DNA of 64,000 nucleotides from an uncultured Acidimicrobiia bacterium (GCA_963786955.1 CAWBAT010000008.1:224001-288000); one strand, 5' to 3'; positions 31,531-42,374 are shown, counted from the first letter of the stretch. The notes: generated from the letters alone by a model not told the origin. Numbers and translations: made by a program.

Positions 31531-33025
31531 ATGAGAATTCACGGGTTGTCCATTCTTTTCATCTTGGCTGCCTATAATTTCTTCGCTTTTCAGGCTTCCG
31601 TTCTGGCCGAGTCATCCAACACTGTCAAGAGTCAGTCCACTGAAGAAAGGCTGGCCGCGATTGAAGGGAAGTTACAACAACTGGAAGACCGGTTGGATCA
31701 AGCGCTCGGAACTGGCGGCCAGAAACTTGACGTCACTGGAGGTTTGGCGAAAGCCGCTTTGGTAACTCCCATCCCTGAACAACTGGCTGCCCTGGATCAA
31801 AAGCTGCGCATCGTCGAAAGGAACAAAGAGCTTGATGCTGAGGCCGCGGCAACCAAGTTAAAAGAAACGCCGATCGTGTCCGCAGGAAAGGAAGGATTTT
31901 GGATCAGATCCGCGGATAACAATTTTCAGTTGAGGGTGGGAGGCCATTTACAAGCGGACAGTCGATTTTACACGGAGAGCGACCCCGCAATCATTTTGGG
32001 AAGCAGCACTTTTTCCCTCCGTAAGGCGAGACCGATCCTAGAAGGAACGGTTTACAAGTTTTTCGATTTTAAAATTATGGCCGATTTTGGAAATGGCCAG
32101 TCGCTTGTACAGGATGCTTATGTGGGTTTCAACTATTTGCCACGAACCCAATTCCGGCTCGGCAAATTCAAGCCTCCGGTTGGCCTGGAAGCGTTTACAG
32201 GCGGATGTTGACACGATCTTTGTCGAGCGAGCGCTTCCAACAGATTTGGTTCCCAATCGGGACCTTGGGGTTCAAGTGTTTGGGGAGCATCTTGGAGGTG
32301 TTTTCAACTACGCCTTAGGTGTATTCAATGGGGTCGTGGACGGCGGCAATGGCGATCTGGACACGAACAACACCAAAGACTTCGCCGGGCGAGTCTTCCT
32401 TAACCCCTTTCAGTCAAGCAGCATTGCATCACTCAAAGGACTGGGTATTGGCCTTGCAGGCACTTCAGGCAGTCAACAAGGGCCTCTTCCTGTCTTGAGG
32501 ACACCTGCTCAGGCAATCTTCTTCAACTATTACCCGAGTACTTTAGCTGACGGGAATCGTAACCTTATTACACCCCAGGCTTATTACTATATGGGTCCTT
32601 TCGGATTGTTGGGCGAGTATGTTCAAACCGCCCAAGATGTGAAGAATGGAAACACCTTTGGAGAAATCAGCATGAGTTCCTGGCAGGTGGCTGCCTCCTA
32701 TGTGATCACGGGTGAGAAGGCTTCCTTCAAGAGTGTGACACCTAAAAAGCAGTTCAATCCTGGGGTTAGAAGTTTTGGCGCTGTTGAGCTGGTAGGCCGT
32801 TATACCCAATTGAATATTGACAACGAGGCGTTCATCTAGAAATTTGCCAACCCGAATGTTTCTGCCAGCCGTGCCAGCACCTGGACCGCCGGTGTAAACT
32901 GGTATTTCAACGAAACCTCAGGCTTCAGTTGAACTACGAGCAATCGGCCTTCAAAGGTGGCAATACTACGGGGGATCGGCAAACGGAGAAAGTAATTCTC
33001 AGCCGTTTCCAGGTGGCCTGTTTAG
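31531..33025 (+). CDS. OprO/OprP-family anion-selective porin; frameshifts near 32190 and 32910 and an in-frame TAG at 32837
   Basis: Signal peptide and coiled coil; 'GFWIRSADNNFQLRVGG..QADSRFY', 'ARPILEGT', 'QDAY', 'GKFKPPVGLE', 'FVERALPT..VPNRDLG', 'GVNWY', terminal 'SRFQVA'. Confidence 0.85.
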
Positions 33026-33083
33026 ATTACTTATATAGGAATATTCTTAGGAAGCTTATGCCACTACAGGACAGGAGAAAAGA

Positions 33084-34103
33084 ATGGTGAGAAAGTTTCT
33101 GACCGCGCTATTGATGGCCTTTATCTTTATTTTGGGGGTGGCCTGGCCGGTCCCTGCCGGCAGTACCGTAACGCTGCTCAATGTGTCCTACGACCCAACC
33201 CGGGAACTTTATCAGGAATTCAACGCGGCCTTCGCCAAGTTCTGGAAACAAAAGAACAATCAGGATGTTTCGATTAAGCAATCTCACGGAGGTTCAGGAA
33301 AGCAAGCGAGGTCAGTGATGGATGGACTGGGAGCGGATGTGGTCAGCCTCGCTCTCGCTTATGACATTGACGCCATAGCCGAGAAAGCCAGATTGCTCCC
33401 CAAAAACTGGCAATCCCGGCTTCCCAATAACAGTGCTCCTTACACCTCGACCATTGTCTTTCTCGTGCGCAAAGGCAATCCCAAGAAAATCAAGGATTGG
33501 GATGATCTCGCGAGACCCAACGTCTCCGTAATTACCCCAAACCCCAAGACCTCGGGGGGCGCCCGCTGGAATTATCTAGCCGCTTGGGGGTATGCCCTAA
33601 AGCACCAGGGAGGTGACGAGGCCAAAGCCAAGGATTTTGTGAGCCGCTTATACAAGAATGTTCCGGTGCTTGATTCCGGTGCGCGCGGATCCACAACCAC
33701 CTTCGTGGCACGGGGCATTGGGGATGTGCTCATCAATTGGGAGAACGAAGTTCTGAATGTGATCAAGGAAATAGGCAAAGACAAGTATGAGGTGATTGTC
33801 CCATCCACCAGCATTCTTGCGGAACCTCCGGTCAGTCTTGTGGATAAAGTCGCCGATAAACATGGCACTCGCGTTGTGGCTCAAGCCTATCTCGAGTATC
33901 TGTACTCTGAGGAAGGGCAGGAGATTGCTGCGAGGAATTTTTATCGACCTCGACAAAGTCAAGTAGCGGCAAAATACTCGTCTCAATTCGCGAAGGTGAA
34001 CCTCTTTACCATCGATGAACTTTTTGGAGGCTGGCAAAAAGCCCAGCAGACCCACTTTGCCGATGGCGGGAGCTTTGACCAGATTTATCAGCCATCCCGC
34101 TAG
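33084..34103 (+). CDS. sbp: Sulfate ABC transporter substrate-binding protein
   Basis: '[13 protein letters not shown]', '[11 protein letters not shown]', '[17 protein letters not shown]', '[12 protein letters not shown]', 'LDSGARGST'. Confidence 0.97.
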   Translation: MVRKFLTALLMAFIFILGVAWPVPAGSTVTLLNVSYDPTRELYQEFNAAFAKFWKQKNNQDVSIKQSHGGSGKQARSVMDGLGADVVSLALAYDIDAIAEKARLLPKNWQSRLPNNSAPYTSTIVFLVRKGNPKKIKDWDDLARPNVSVITPNPKTSGGARWNYLAAWGYALKHQGGDEAKAKDFVSRLYKNVPVLDSGARGSTTTFVARGIGDVLINWENEVLNVIKEIGKDKYEVIVPSTSILAEPPVSLVDKVADKHGTRVVAQAYLEYLYSEEGQEIAARNFYRPRQSQVAAKYSSQFAKVNLFTIDELFGGWQKAQQTHFADGGSFDQIYQPSR

Positions 34104-34110
34104 CTTTATA

Positions 34111-34230
34111 ATGTTCGATCACCTTTCGGTTGGCGAAGTTTTCGGAGGCGGGAAACAAGTGCAAGAAAATCACTTTGACGATAGCGGAATTTTCGATCAC
34201 ATTTACCAGCCAAGCAGGACAATCGTCTAG
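34111..34230 (+). repeat. Diverged tandem copy of the sbp 3' end (39-codon ORF)
   Basis: MFDHLSVGEVFGGGKQVQENHFDDSGIFDHIYQPSRTIV aligns with the Sbp tail [33 protein letters not shown]. Confidence 0.75.
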
Positions 34231-34248
34231 ATCGAATTGGAGATGTAG

Positions 34249-35091
34249 ATGGCTATCGGTTTTAAGCAGCGGAGTATTTTGCCCGGTTTTGGATTGGCGA
34301 TGGGGATCACTCTGTCTTATCTAAGCCTGATCGTTCTCATCCCTCTCTCCGCAGCTTTCCTCAAGACGGCCACCCTTAGCTGGGACCAGTTCTGGAGCAA
34401 GATTGCCGATCCCCGGGCATTAGCCTCATATCGACTCACCTTTGGGGCATCTCTGATTGCGGCAGGGGTCAATCTACTGTTTGGTTTCTTAGTGGCCTGG
34501 GTTCTGGTGCGATATGAATTTCCCGGGAGAAAGGTCATCGATTCTCTGGTCGACCTGCCTTTCGCTTTGCCAACTGCGGTGGCCGGGATCGCATTAACGG
34601 CCATCTATTCCAGCAAGGGTTGGATAGGACAATATCTCGAGCCCTTTGGCATCAAAACAGCTTATTCACCGCTCGGCGTCGTCATTGCACTCACGTTTAT
34701 TGGATTGCCGTTTGTCGTGCGGACCGTTCAACCGGTTCTCGAGGATCTGGACAGAGAGATCGAAGAGGCTGCGGCCAGCCTTGGTGCGAATCGCTGGCAG
34801 ACATTCCGAAGAATCATCTTGCCACCGGTCCTTCCAGCGGCAGTGACAGGTTTCACGATGGCCTTTTCCCGGGCCATTGGCGAGTACGGCTCCGTAGTGT
34901 TCATTTCAGGCAACCTGCCGATGCGCACTGAAATCACTCCCTTGCTGATCGTCACCAAGCTTGAAGAGTACGACTACGCGGGCGCTACGGCCATTGCGGT
35001 CGTCATGCTCGTGGTCTCATTTTCATTGTTGCTTCTTATTAATTTGCTGCAGCGATGGAGCAGCCAGCGCCTCGGGGACGTCAGCAGTTGA
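34249..35091 (+). CDS. cysT: Sulfate ABC transporter permease CysT (CysU)
   Basis: 'LPGFGL', '[12 protein letters not shown]', 'PFVVRTVQP', EAA loop 'EEAAASLGA', '[12 protein letters not shown]'. Confidence 0.95.
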   Translation: MAIGFKQRSILPGFGLAMGITLSYLSLIVLIPLSAAFLKTATLSWDQFWSKIADPRALASYRLTFGASLIAAGVNLLFGFLVAWVLVRYEFPGRKVIDSLVDLPFALPTAVAGIALTAIYSSKGWIGQYLEPFGIKTAYSPLGVVIALTFIGLPFVVRTVQPVLEDLDREIEEAAASLGANRWQTFRRIILPPVLPAAVTGFTMAFSRAIGEYGSVVFISGNLPMRTEITPLLIVTKLEEYDYAGATAIAVVMLVVSFSLLLLINLLQRWSSQRLGDVSS

Positions 35092-35246
35092 AAATTTGTG
35101 AACAGCTTTAAAGGATTTCTTTCACGGTCCGCTCAACATAGCTCACTGCTCGTCCCAGAAAGTCAGAGAGATGGGTGGACCTTCTGACGGCCGTTCGGGG
35201 AATAGGAACCTGTTCCAAAAGTCGCCTCATTTAGGAGAGTAGCCGG

Positions 35247-36153
35247 GTGGCAGGAAACGTTTCATTGAATATCCATCGATCGTCACGATCTGTACAGCAG
35301 GCAACCCATGAACCCGCCTGGGTGCGCCGTTTGATGATTGGAACAGCCGTGGCGTTCCTGATTCTCTTTATATTCTTGCCTCTGGCGATGGTGTTTCATT
35401 TCGGCGCTTGAAAAAGGAGTGGGAGTGTATCTGCAGGCGATCAGTGAACCGGACGCCCTGTCTGCTATTTACCTGACTCTCTTGACGGCTGCGATTGCCG
35501 TGACCCTTAATTTGATGTTCGGGATTGCTGCCTCGTGGGCGATTGCCAAATTTCATTTTGTGGGCAAGAGTCTCTTGATCACTTTGATTGACCTTCCCTT
35601 TTCCGTCTCTCCCGTGGTTTCAGGGCTAATCTATGTGCTGATTTTCGGCTTGCAGGGTTTTCTGGGTCCCTGGCTGGACGAACATGACATCAAGATTATC
35701 TTTGCGGTGCCTGGTATTGTCCTGGCAACTATTTTTGTTACGTTTCCCTTTGTTGCCCGCGAATTAATTCCCTTGATGCAAGCTCAAGGCAGCGAGGAAG
35801 AAGAAGCCGCCTTGACGCTAGGGGCCAGCGGTTGGCAGACTTTCTACCGGGTCACTTTGCCGAATATCAAATGGGGTTTGTTGTATGGGGTTATCTTATG
35901 TAATGCTCGTGCCATGGGGGAGTTTGGCGCAGTATCCGTCGTTTCCGGACATATCCGCGGCTTGACCAATACGATGCCTCTTTATATTGAAATTCTTTAC
36001 AATGAATACCAATTCGTGGCGGCATTTGCAGTCGCTTCCTTATTAGCTTTGTTGGCTCTAGTCACTTTGGGGATTAAGAGTTTTGTCGAGTGGAGAGTAC
36101 GCCAGCAATTGGCACAATTAGAGGCAGACTCGTCAAGTGGCGGAAAAGCATGA
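35247..36153 (+). CDS. cysW: Sulfate ABC transporter permease CysW; frameshift near 35400
   Basis: GTG start 35247 (MAGNVS...HEPAWVRR) joins ORF 35419..36153 with '[12 protein letters not shown]', 'PFVARELIP', '[19 protein letters not shown]'. Confidence 0.93.
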
Positions 36154-37215
36154 GTATTGAAGCAGTCAAGATCACGAAGAAATTCGGCAATTTCACGGCT
36201 CTACAAGGATGTTGACTTGGAAGTGCCTTCCGGGGAATTGGTGGCTTTGCTGGGACCGTCGGGTTCAGGCAAGACAACACTTCTGCGAATCATCGCAGGC
36301 TTGGAGATTCCCGATTCAGGGTGGGTCCGGTTTGAGGGAAATGACATCACCGATCGAAACACGCGAGAGCGCCAGGTCGGTTTTGTTTTTCAGCATTATG
36401 CCTTGTTCCGGCATATGACAGTCTTTGAGAATATTGCCTTTGGACTTCGCGTCCGGCCACGGCAATTTCGTCCCTTCGGAGGAAGAGATTCGTGCCAAAG
36501 TGCATGAGCTGTTGCGCCTCGTTCAGCTGGAACAACGGGCGGGACGCTTTCCGAATCAGCTTTCGGGGGGACAACGTCAGCGGATCGCTTTGGCAAGGGC
36601 ATTAGCGGTGGAACCGAAGGTGCTGCTTCTGGATGAACCTTTCGGTGCATTGGATGCTAAAGTTCGGCAGGAATTGCGGCGCTGGTTAAGGCGATTGCAT
36701 GACGAAATTCATATCACCAGCTTGTTTGTGACGCATGATCAGGAGGAGGCCCTGGAGGTGGCGGATCGGGTTGTCGTGATGAATGAAGGCAGGTGGAGCA
36801 GGCAGGTACTCCGAATGAAGTCTATCACCAGTCCATCAACCCCGTTTGTCTATAATTTCCTGGGGAATGTAAACTTGTTTCATGGCCGTATTGAAGACAA
36901 CAAAGCTTACATCAGCGGTGCGCCAGGCGAAGATGCTGACAACCCTCTTCTCTTCCGCAAGAAACTGTTTTTTATGTTCGTCCCCATCTCATGGATATCG
37001 ACCATAATCCCAATGGCAAGAATCACGTTCGGGCTACCGTTCGACACATCAACTCCGCGGGTCCGTTAGTAAAGGTTGAAGTGTTGACCAAGGCAGGAGA
37101 CTCCGTTCACGTGGAATTAACCCAAGAAAGATTGAAGGAATTGCGGCTTAAGAAGAATGATGAGGTCTTCGTCTTCCCTAAGGATATGAAGCTTTTCATC
37201 GACTATCAGATTTAA
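36150..37215 (+). CDS. cysA: Sulfate ABC transporter ATPase CysA; several frameshifts
   Basis: Walker A 'GPSGSGKT', '[11 protein letters not shown]', 'LSGGQRQR', '[11 protein letters not shown]', 'FVTHDQEEA', C-terminal TOBE-like segment. Confidence 0.93.
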
Positions 37216-37353
37216 AAGCTAGCTTTCCTTACATCATCAAGACGAGATCTCCCATCCATCCACCACGTCCATTCTGCATACCTCCCCCAACCTGGGAGAG
37301 GAATGCAATAATAAATCCTCGGCTCCCCTCCCCAACACAGATGAGGAGGAACA

Positions 37354-38265
37354 CTGGAAGCGATCCCGATTGGAACCAAAGGCCGACAGCAGTCGAGGTC
37401 CGAAAACGGGACCCGACCCTGGGAAACTGTGAAACAGGGTGTAATCATCGTGCTGCTGAAAGCGTTCCTTAAGCTGTTGATCAAACTGATGGATCGACTC
37501 GATCAGGGGTCGCAGCTGGCCCACCAGCGCCTGAATCATCAAGGCCGAAGCCGTCAACAGAGCGGGATCTGTGGTCAGGGGCTGGGCTTGGCGGATCTGC
37601 TCCAGACGTAACCCGATCCGGTCGGCATCCTCACGACTGTGCTTGTGATAGAATTGCCGCACCCGGGCTCGGGAGGCCTTCTGCAGAGACTGGAGGCTGG
37701 GCCATTGCTGGAGGAAAGCGCAGGCTCGCAGATGGTCCAGCGGCCCCGCCCATTCCAGAGCCTGAGGAAAGGTCTCCTTCAGCAGGCTGGTGAGTTGGTT
37801 GGTCAAAGCCGTGCGGCGATTCACCAGTTTGCGGCGATGCTCGGCCAACAGTCGCAAACAGCGAGTGCTGGCCTCATCGGGCACCCAGACCCGCAACCGG
37901 TCTCGGTGCTTTTCCAGCATCTCCAGCAGCAAGAGGGCATCTTGCGGATCATCCTTAGCACCGCTGGGGTAGAAGGCTTTGCGGTACTTAGCCAGGCTCT
38001 GAGGATTGACCGGATACAAGAGGAGGAAGTCCACATTCATTAACGCATAGAGTAAACTCCCTCGGGACTGTTCCAGGGCAATGGCGACGCGCCGGCCTTG
38101 AAAACGTTGGCGCAGTTCCTGAATCCAGGCCCGTAAACTTTCTGGTTTCTGATCCAAAACATGGGTTTCGATTGGAGGCGAACCAGCCACTCGCAGGCGG
38201 ATCACATGTTGCTGGTCGGCCCAATCTAAGCCGATGAAGGCGGCAATCTCAAGGTCGGAACTCAT
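37354..38265 (-). mobile_element. IS110-family recombinase/transposase, C-terminally truncated
   Basis: DEDD motif residues in 'IGLDWA', 'IALE', 'KDDPQDA'; the Tnp_20-like region starts 'SFPGSGPVFGPRLL..RDRF' and then breaks off. GGAGGA RBS before the ATG at 38265. Confidence 0.85.
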
Positions 38266-38503
38266 AGATTCCTCCGGGTCATAGAATATGGACAACTCGC
38301 AGGCTGGGGCGGGCATAACCCTTATAGTGAGTCCTCGAGGGACAACCTCTGAGTATAGGGGTTGGGGGTGAGGGGGGGTGCTAGGCTGCGGGGGGTATTC
38401 TAACTGCTCTCTTCCTCCATTGAAGTCAAACGGCGGTGGGTTCATTGGTAACAAAGACCGTGCAAGATGCTCGCACCCAGTGGCTTTTTCCATGCATCCT
38501 TGC
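38266..38503 (-). ncRNA. Non-coding left end of the IS110, candidate bridge-RNA region
   Basis: ~240 nt between the photolyase stop and the transposase start, with nested stems (TGGGT..ACCCA enclosing GCGAG/CTTGC and GGT/ACC). The position matches IS621-type elements; function is inferred. Confidence 0.4.
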
Positions 38504-39884
38504 CTACTTGGGTATTACTTCAACCCGGGCAATGTACCCTTCTACGTCGACTTTCCGTTTAAGGCTTTCCCCGGACATTGAGCGGATTGTGCCGTAGACA
38601 GGGCGCGAACCCCAAGGGCGGTCGTGAAGTCCGAAGCACCATAGGATTCCTGTCCAGGAATTGGGATTCCTTCCATCCAAGCCGTATTGATTGTTCAAGA
38701 AAATCATGGTCTCCAAAGCTTCAGCATAGGTTCGGCTCCACTCGATAATCTTTTTTCCCCAATACATACGCATGTAGCCATGGATCTTTCCCACCGAGAG
38801 TAATTCCTGTTGGCAGGCGTTCCAGATGGGATCATGGGTTCGAGCCGCTTCGAATGCTTCCAGAGAGTAAAGATTAGGGTCGGCGGTCGCGAGCATGGCG
38901 GCTTAGGTTTTCCTGCACCCAGCGCGGCAAGGCCTGCAAGGATTCATAGTCACCCGAGAATCGTGTAAAGTTATAAGACAATTCGCGCCGAACGATGAGT
39001 TCTTCCAGGAAGGCCTCGGTGGACAGCTCATTTCTGCCTGCCGCTTTGGCTTTTAAGGCAACCTCCAGAGGAGAAATCATTCCAAAGTGCAAATAGGGGC
39101 TCAAGTTTGAAGTCCCGTGAACGGAAGGGTCATTTCGAATCTGGGCGTAGTTTTCCAGTTTGTGGTCTAGAAATTCTTTGAGGTGGCGGTGCGCCTCAGA
39201 ACCGCCTCCCTTAAAGAAAATGGAAGGCTTGATGGCGTGATTGATGGCACATTCTGCCACCCATTTTTCGATGGGTTGCCGGAGCAGGGGAGTGTCTTGC
39301 CAGTCGACTTTGAGTTTCGAAGAATCTTTATCAATTGAGAGTCTCTCCATGGGCTTGAGATGATCAGACAGGAGCCTCCGGATCTTGGGTCGGATTGTTC
39401 GGGCGGCATATTCTTGCTTGGTGAATTCACCAAGCGGAACGATGCCATTGGAATCGACCGCGAAGAAAGGGATGTCGATTTGTTCAGCGACTCGAGCATT
39501 ATGCCGGGGAATGATAAAGGCCGGAAAATCGTCTGTAACCAAAATTGCAGCTTCTTCAGCCAGATGCAGGACAACAGGATAGCGCTCCTTGGCTTGGCGC
39601 TCGAGATGAAAAAGGTAACGAATCCCTCTCTCTTCGAAGCGCTCTTTCAAGTCCAGGGAATTCTCAAGGATGAATTGGTGAATGCGGTCACAGGCATAGG
39701 GATAGGAATACTTCAACCCTTCGTAGACCAGAAGCGGCAGTTTCAATTCATTGGCCTGCCCAATGGCAAAGTTAAGCGCATGGTTATTTTCCACCCGTTT
39801 GAACATCTGCATCCAGTAAATCACGTAACGGGCTTTCCGCCGAACTGGAGCTGATTTCAGACTAACGATCCGTTTGTTATCCAT
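38504..39884 (-). CDS. phr: Class II CPD deoxyribodipyrimidine photolyase; frameshift near 38885
   Basis: 'VIYWMQ...RVENNHAL', 'SNLSPYLHFG', 'FLEELIVRRELS.NF', 'THDPIWNACQ', 'HGYMRMYWGKKI', 'LDGRNPN'. Confidence 0.93.
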
Positions 39885-40389
39885 AGGCGCTGGGTCCTGA
39901 AAGAATTCTTATCGGTCAATTGTGCTGGAGCCCGCGACGCAACCCTTGCGCCGTATCCCTCACCTGGAACTTCGGTTCCACTATTCTGACGCTAATTGGG
40001 TTGTTCCAATGAGTCAATTGTAAATGATCTAGCTGTAAGAGAATTCACCTCTTTTGAAACATACCACTCATCCGTCGTTGGCCCGGAGCTGCTATGAAAT
40101 AAGTAAGCGACTCTACCAGGGAGGGACTCCATTGAGATGTCCCCAATAGGACCGAATCTCCTCGGTTTTTGTTTGACGGGGAACAGTGAATATGCCAGAC
40201 TCGGCACACTGAGGCTCGCTATAAATAAGTAACTGCAGAGAATGCACATTCCGTTCGGTTGGAAAGAAAATCAGCCCCAGTGACTATTGGGGCCCACTCC
40301 TGGCCAAGAGAGAACGATTTGATTTTGGGTAAATGGATCCGCGTCAACGGAATGTGCCTGGTACAAACAAAAAAAGGAGACATCATTCC

Positions 40390-41163
40390 ATGTCCAGTAA
40401 GAAAACACGAAAGCGAGGTTTTGGTTGGGTGCCCGATCTTCCAGATCATCGGGACTTTCTGTACGGCGCCGTGCGCAAGATACCGAAGAGACTCCCTCCA
40501 AGAGCGGATTTGCGCCGGCAGTGTTCGCCGGTTGAGGATCAGGGTCAACTGGGCAGTTGCACGGGGAATGCGTTGGCTGGAGCCGTGGAGTTCCTGGAAA
40601 AAAAAGACAAAGTACCGTTCGTGGACGTGAGCCGGCTGTTTATCTACTACAATGAGCGGGCTATTGAAGGGACCATCAAATCCGACTCCGGGGCCATGAT
40701 CCGCGACGGCATCAAAACACTGGCGAAGCAAGGGGTCTGCTCGGAGAAATCATGGCCCTATGTCATCTCCAAGTTTAGCGTCAAGCCGGCTCCGACCTGC
40801 TACAAAGAGGCAGCCAACCACCAGATCACCTCATATCTCCGCATCACAACACTCAATGAAATGAGAACCTGTCTGGCCGATGGTTATCCGTTCGTCTTTG
40901 GCTTTACGGTTTACGAAAGTTTTGAGACGCAACAAGTCGCCAGAACCGGCATCGTGCCGATGCCGAAGTCGAAGGAAAGGGTCTTGGGTGGGCACGCGGT
41001 GCTGGCGGTGGGTTATGACGACGGAAAGAAGCAGTTTGTCGTGCGCAATTCATGGGGGACGGACTGGGGGCTGAAAGGCTACTTCATGATGCCGTACCCC
41101 TACCTTGCCGACCGCAATCTTTCTGATGACCTTTGGACGATTCGTTGCGGAGAGGCAATCTAG
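40390..41163 (+). CDS. Papain-family (C1A) cysteine peptidase
   Basis: 'GWVPDLPDHRD', 'DQGQLGSC', 'SRLFIYYNER', 'GGHAV', 'VRNSWG..WG..GYF'; AAGGAG RBS. Confidence 0.95.
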   Translation: MSSKKTRKRGFGWVPDLPDHRDFLYGAVRKIPKRLPPRADLRRQCSPVEDQGQLGSCTGNALAGAVEFLEKKDKVPFVDVSRLFIYYNERAIEGTIKSDSGAMIRDGIKTLAKQGVCSEKSWPYVISKFSVKPAPTCYKEAANHQITSYLRITTLNEMRTCLADGYPFVFGFTVYESFETQQVARTGIVPMPKSKERVLGGHAVLAVGYDDGKKQFVVRNSWGTDWGLKGYFMMPYPYLADRNLSDDLWTIRCGEAI

Positions 41164-41214
41164 TGACTGATTTGCCTACGGATTTAGGTGAAACGCGCGC
41201 TCCGCCGCGCGGTC

Positions 41215-41653
41215 CTGTCGGTACCGTCTGTGGTAGCGGGCGGGTCAACCCCTGTCAGTGCCCCCGGGCTGTCGGTACCGTCTGCGTTAGCGGGCGGGTC
41301 AACTCCTGTCAGTGCCCCCCGTGCTGTCGGTACCGCCTGCGTTAGCGGGCGGGTCAATCGTCATCAGCGCTACCTCGGGCTGTCGGTACCGCCTGCGGTA
41401 GCGGGCGGGTCAATCGTCATCAGCGCTACCTCGGGCTGTCGGTACCGTCTGTGGTAGCGGGCGGGTCAACTCCTGTCAGTGCCCCCCGTGCTGTCGGTAC
41501 CGCCTGCGGTAGCGGGCGGGTCAATCGTCATCAGCGCTACCTCGGGCTGTCGGTACCGTCTGTGGTAGCGGGCGGGTCAACTCCTGTCAGTGCCCCCCGT
41601 GCTGTCGGTACCGCCTGCGTTAGCGGGCGGGTCAATCGTCATCAGCGCTACCT
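41215..41653 (+). repeat. Tandem array of eight 34-bp REP-like repeats with two alternating spacer types
   Basis: Core CTGTCGGTACCG(C/T)CTG(C/T)G(G/T)TAGCGGGCGGGTCAA at about 41215, 41269, 41324, 41380, 41436, 41491, 41547 and 41602; period 54-56 bp; internal hairpin TACCGC-CT-GCGGTA. Confidence 0.95.
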
Positions 41654-41659
41654 ATCTCC

Positions 41660-42169
41660 TCAGTCAAACTCCGGCAGGTTATCGCCTTGCCCGTTGATGA
41701 CATAATCAATGGCGCGCTCGATGCTTCTCTCATTCCATAAATATCGCTTGCTGCCCTTGTCCGCCCAAGGAGTCTGTTGTGAAAGCCAATGGCCGTCCTG
41801 GCGCAATTGCCTCGTAGCGTTTGCCTTGAAAGCATTCAGGGCGTGCTCAGGTCGTGCTTTTCCGATAGCGACAACTACGTGCACGTGGTTTGTGCGTACG
41901 TTAATCGCATGCATGACCCAGTTGCGTAAAGTACAGGTTTCGCGCACAGCTGTCTCGACCGATTCGCGTTGGGCCGCATTCAAGGACACAGTTTCGCATT
42001 TGAGGGCCTGTGCATTATGTCGACGCCAGCGTTCGTTGGGTGGAATGGTCGGGGCCTGATATTGGTTGTGGAAACGGTCCACCGACCCCCGCCCGTCGCC
42101 ATGCAACCAGGTGCCGTAACAACGGAACGTGATGAGAAAGGCTAAGGGGAGGTTGGTGTTGTTCCACAT
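41660..42169 (-). mobile_element. REP-associated tyrosine transposase (RAYT, HUH Y1/IS200-like)
   Basis: 169 aa; 'FLITFRCYGTWLHGD', HUH 'NHVHVVV', catalytic helix 'AIDYVINGQ'; flanked by inverted REP arrays. Confidence 0.85.
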
Positions 42170-42189
42170 CTCTACAGTTCGGCAACACG

Positions 42190-42322
42190 GACCCGCCCGC
42201 TACCGCAAGCGGTACTGACATAGCGACAGATCGGCGACGCGACCCGCCCGCTACCGCAAGCGGTACTGACATAGCGACAGATCGGCGACCGCGACCCGCC
42301 CGCTACCGCAGGCGGTACTGAC
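42190..42322 (-). repeat. Three inverted copies of the same REP-like repeat
   Basis: GACCCGCCCGCTACCGCA(A/G)GCGGTACTGAC at 42190, 42241 and 42293, the reverse complement of the 41215 core; near-identical spacers ATAGCGACAGATCGGCGAC(C)GC. Confidence 0.95.
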
Positions 42323-42374
42323 TCGCGGGCTGCCCGGCAACAGCATTCGCATGGTCGCTGCGGCCTCACGGTGC

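Noticed and set aside
32837-32839. Amber recoding (pyrrolysine or alternative genetic code)
   Set aside because: TAG is the evident stop of several genes (7727, 31321, 34103, 41163), and there is no pyl machinery in the window.
38266-38493. N-terminal extension of the IS110 ORF shown in the track
   Set aside because: A GGAGGA RBS precedes the ATG at 38265 and the DEDD domain starts right after it, so the upstream part is better read as the non-coding end.
41215-41653. CRISPR array
   Set aside because: The spacers are only ~20-22 bp and of two recurring types, there are no cas genes, and inverted copies flank an HUH transposase, so REP arrays fit better.
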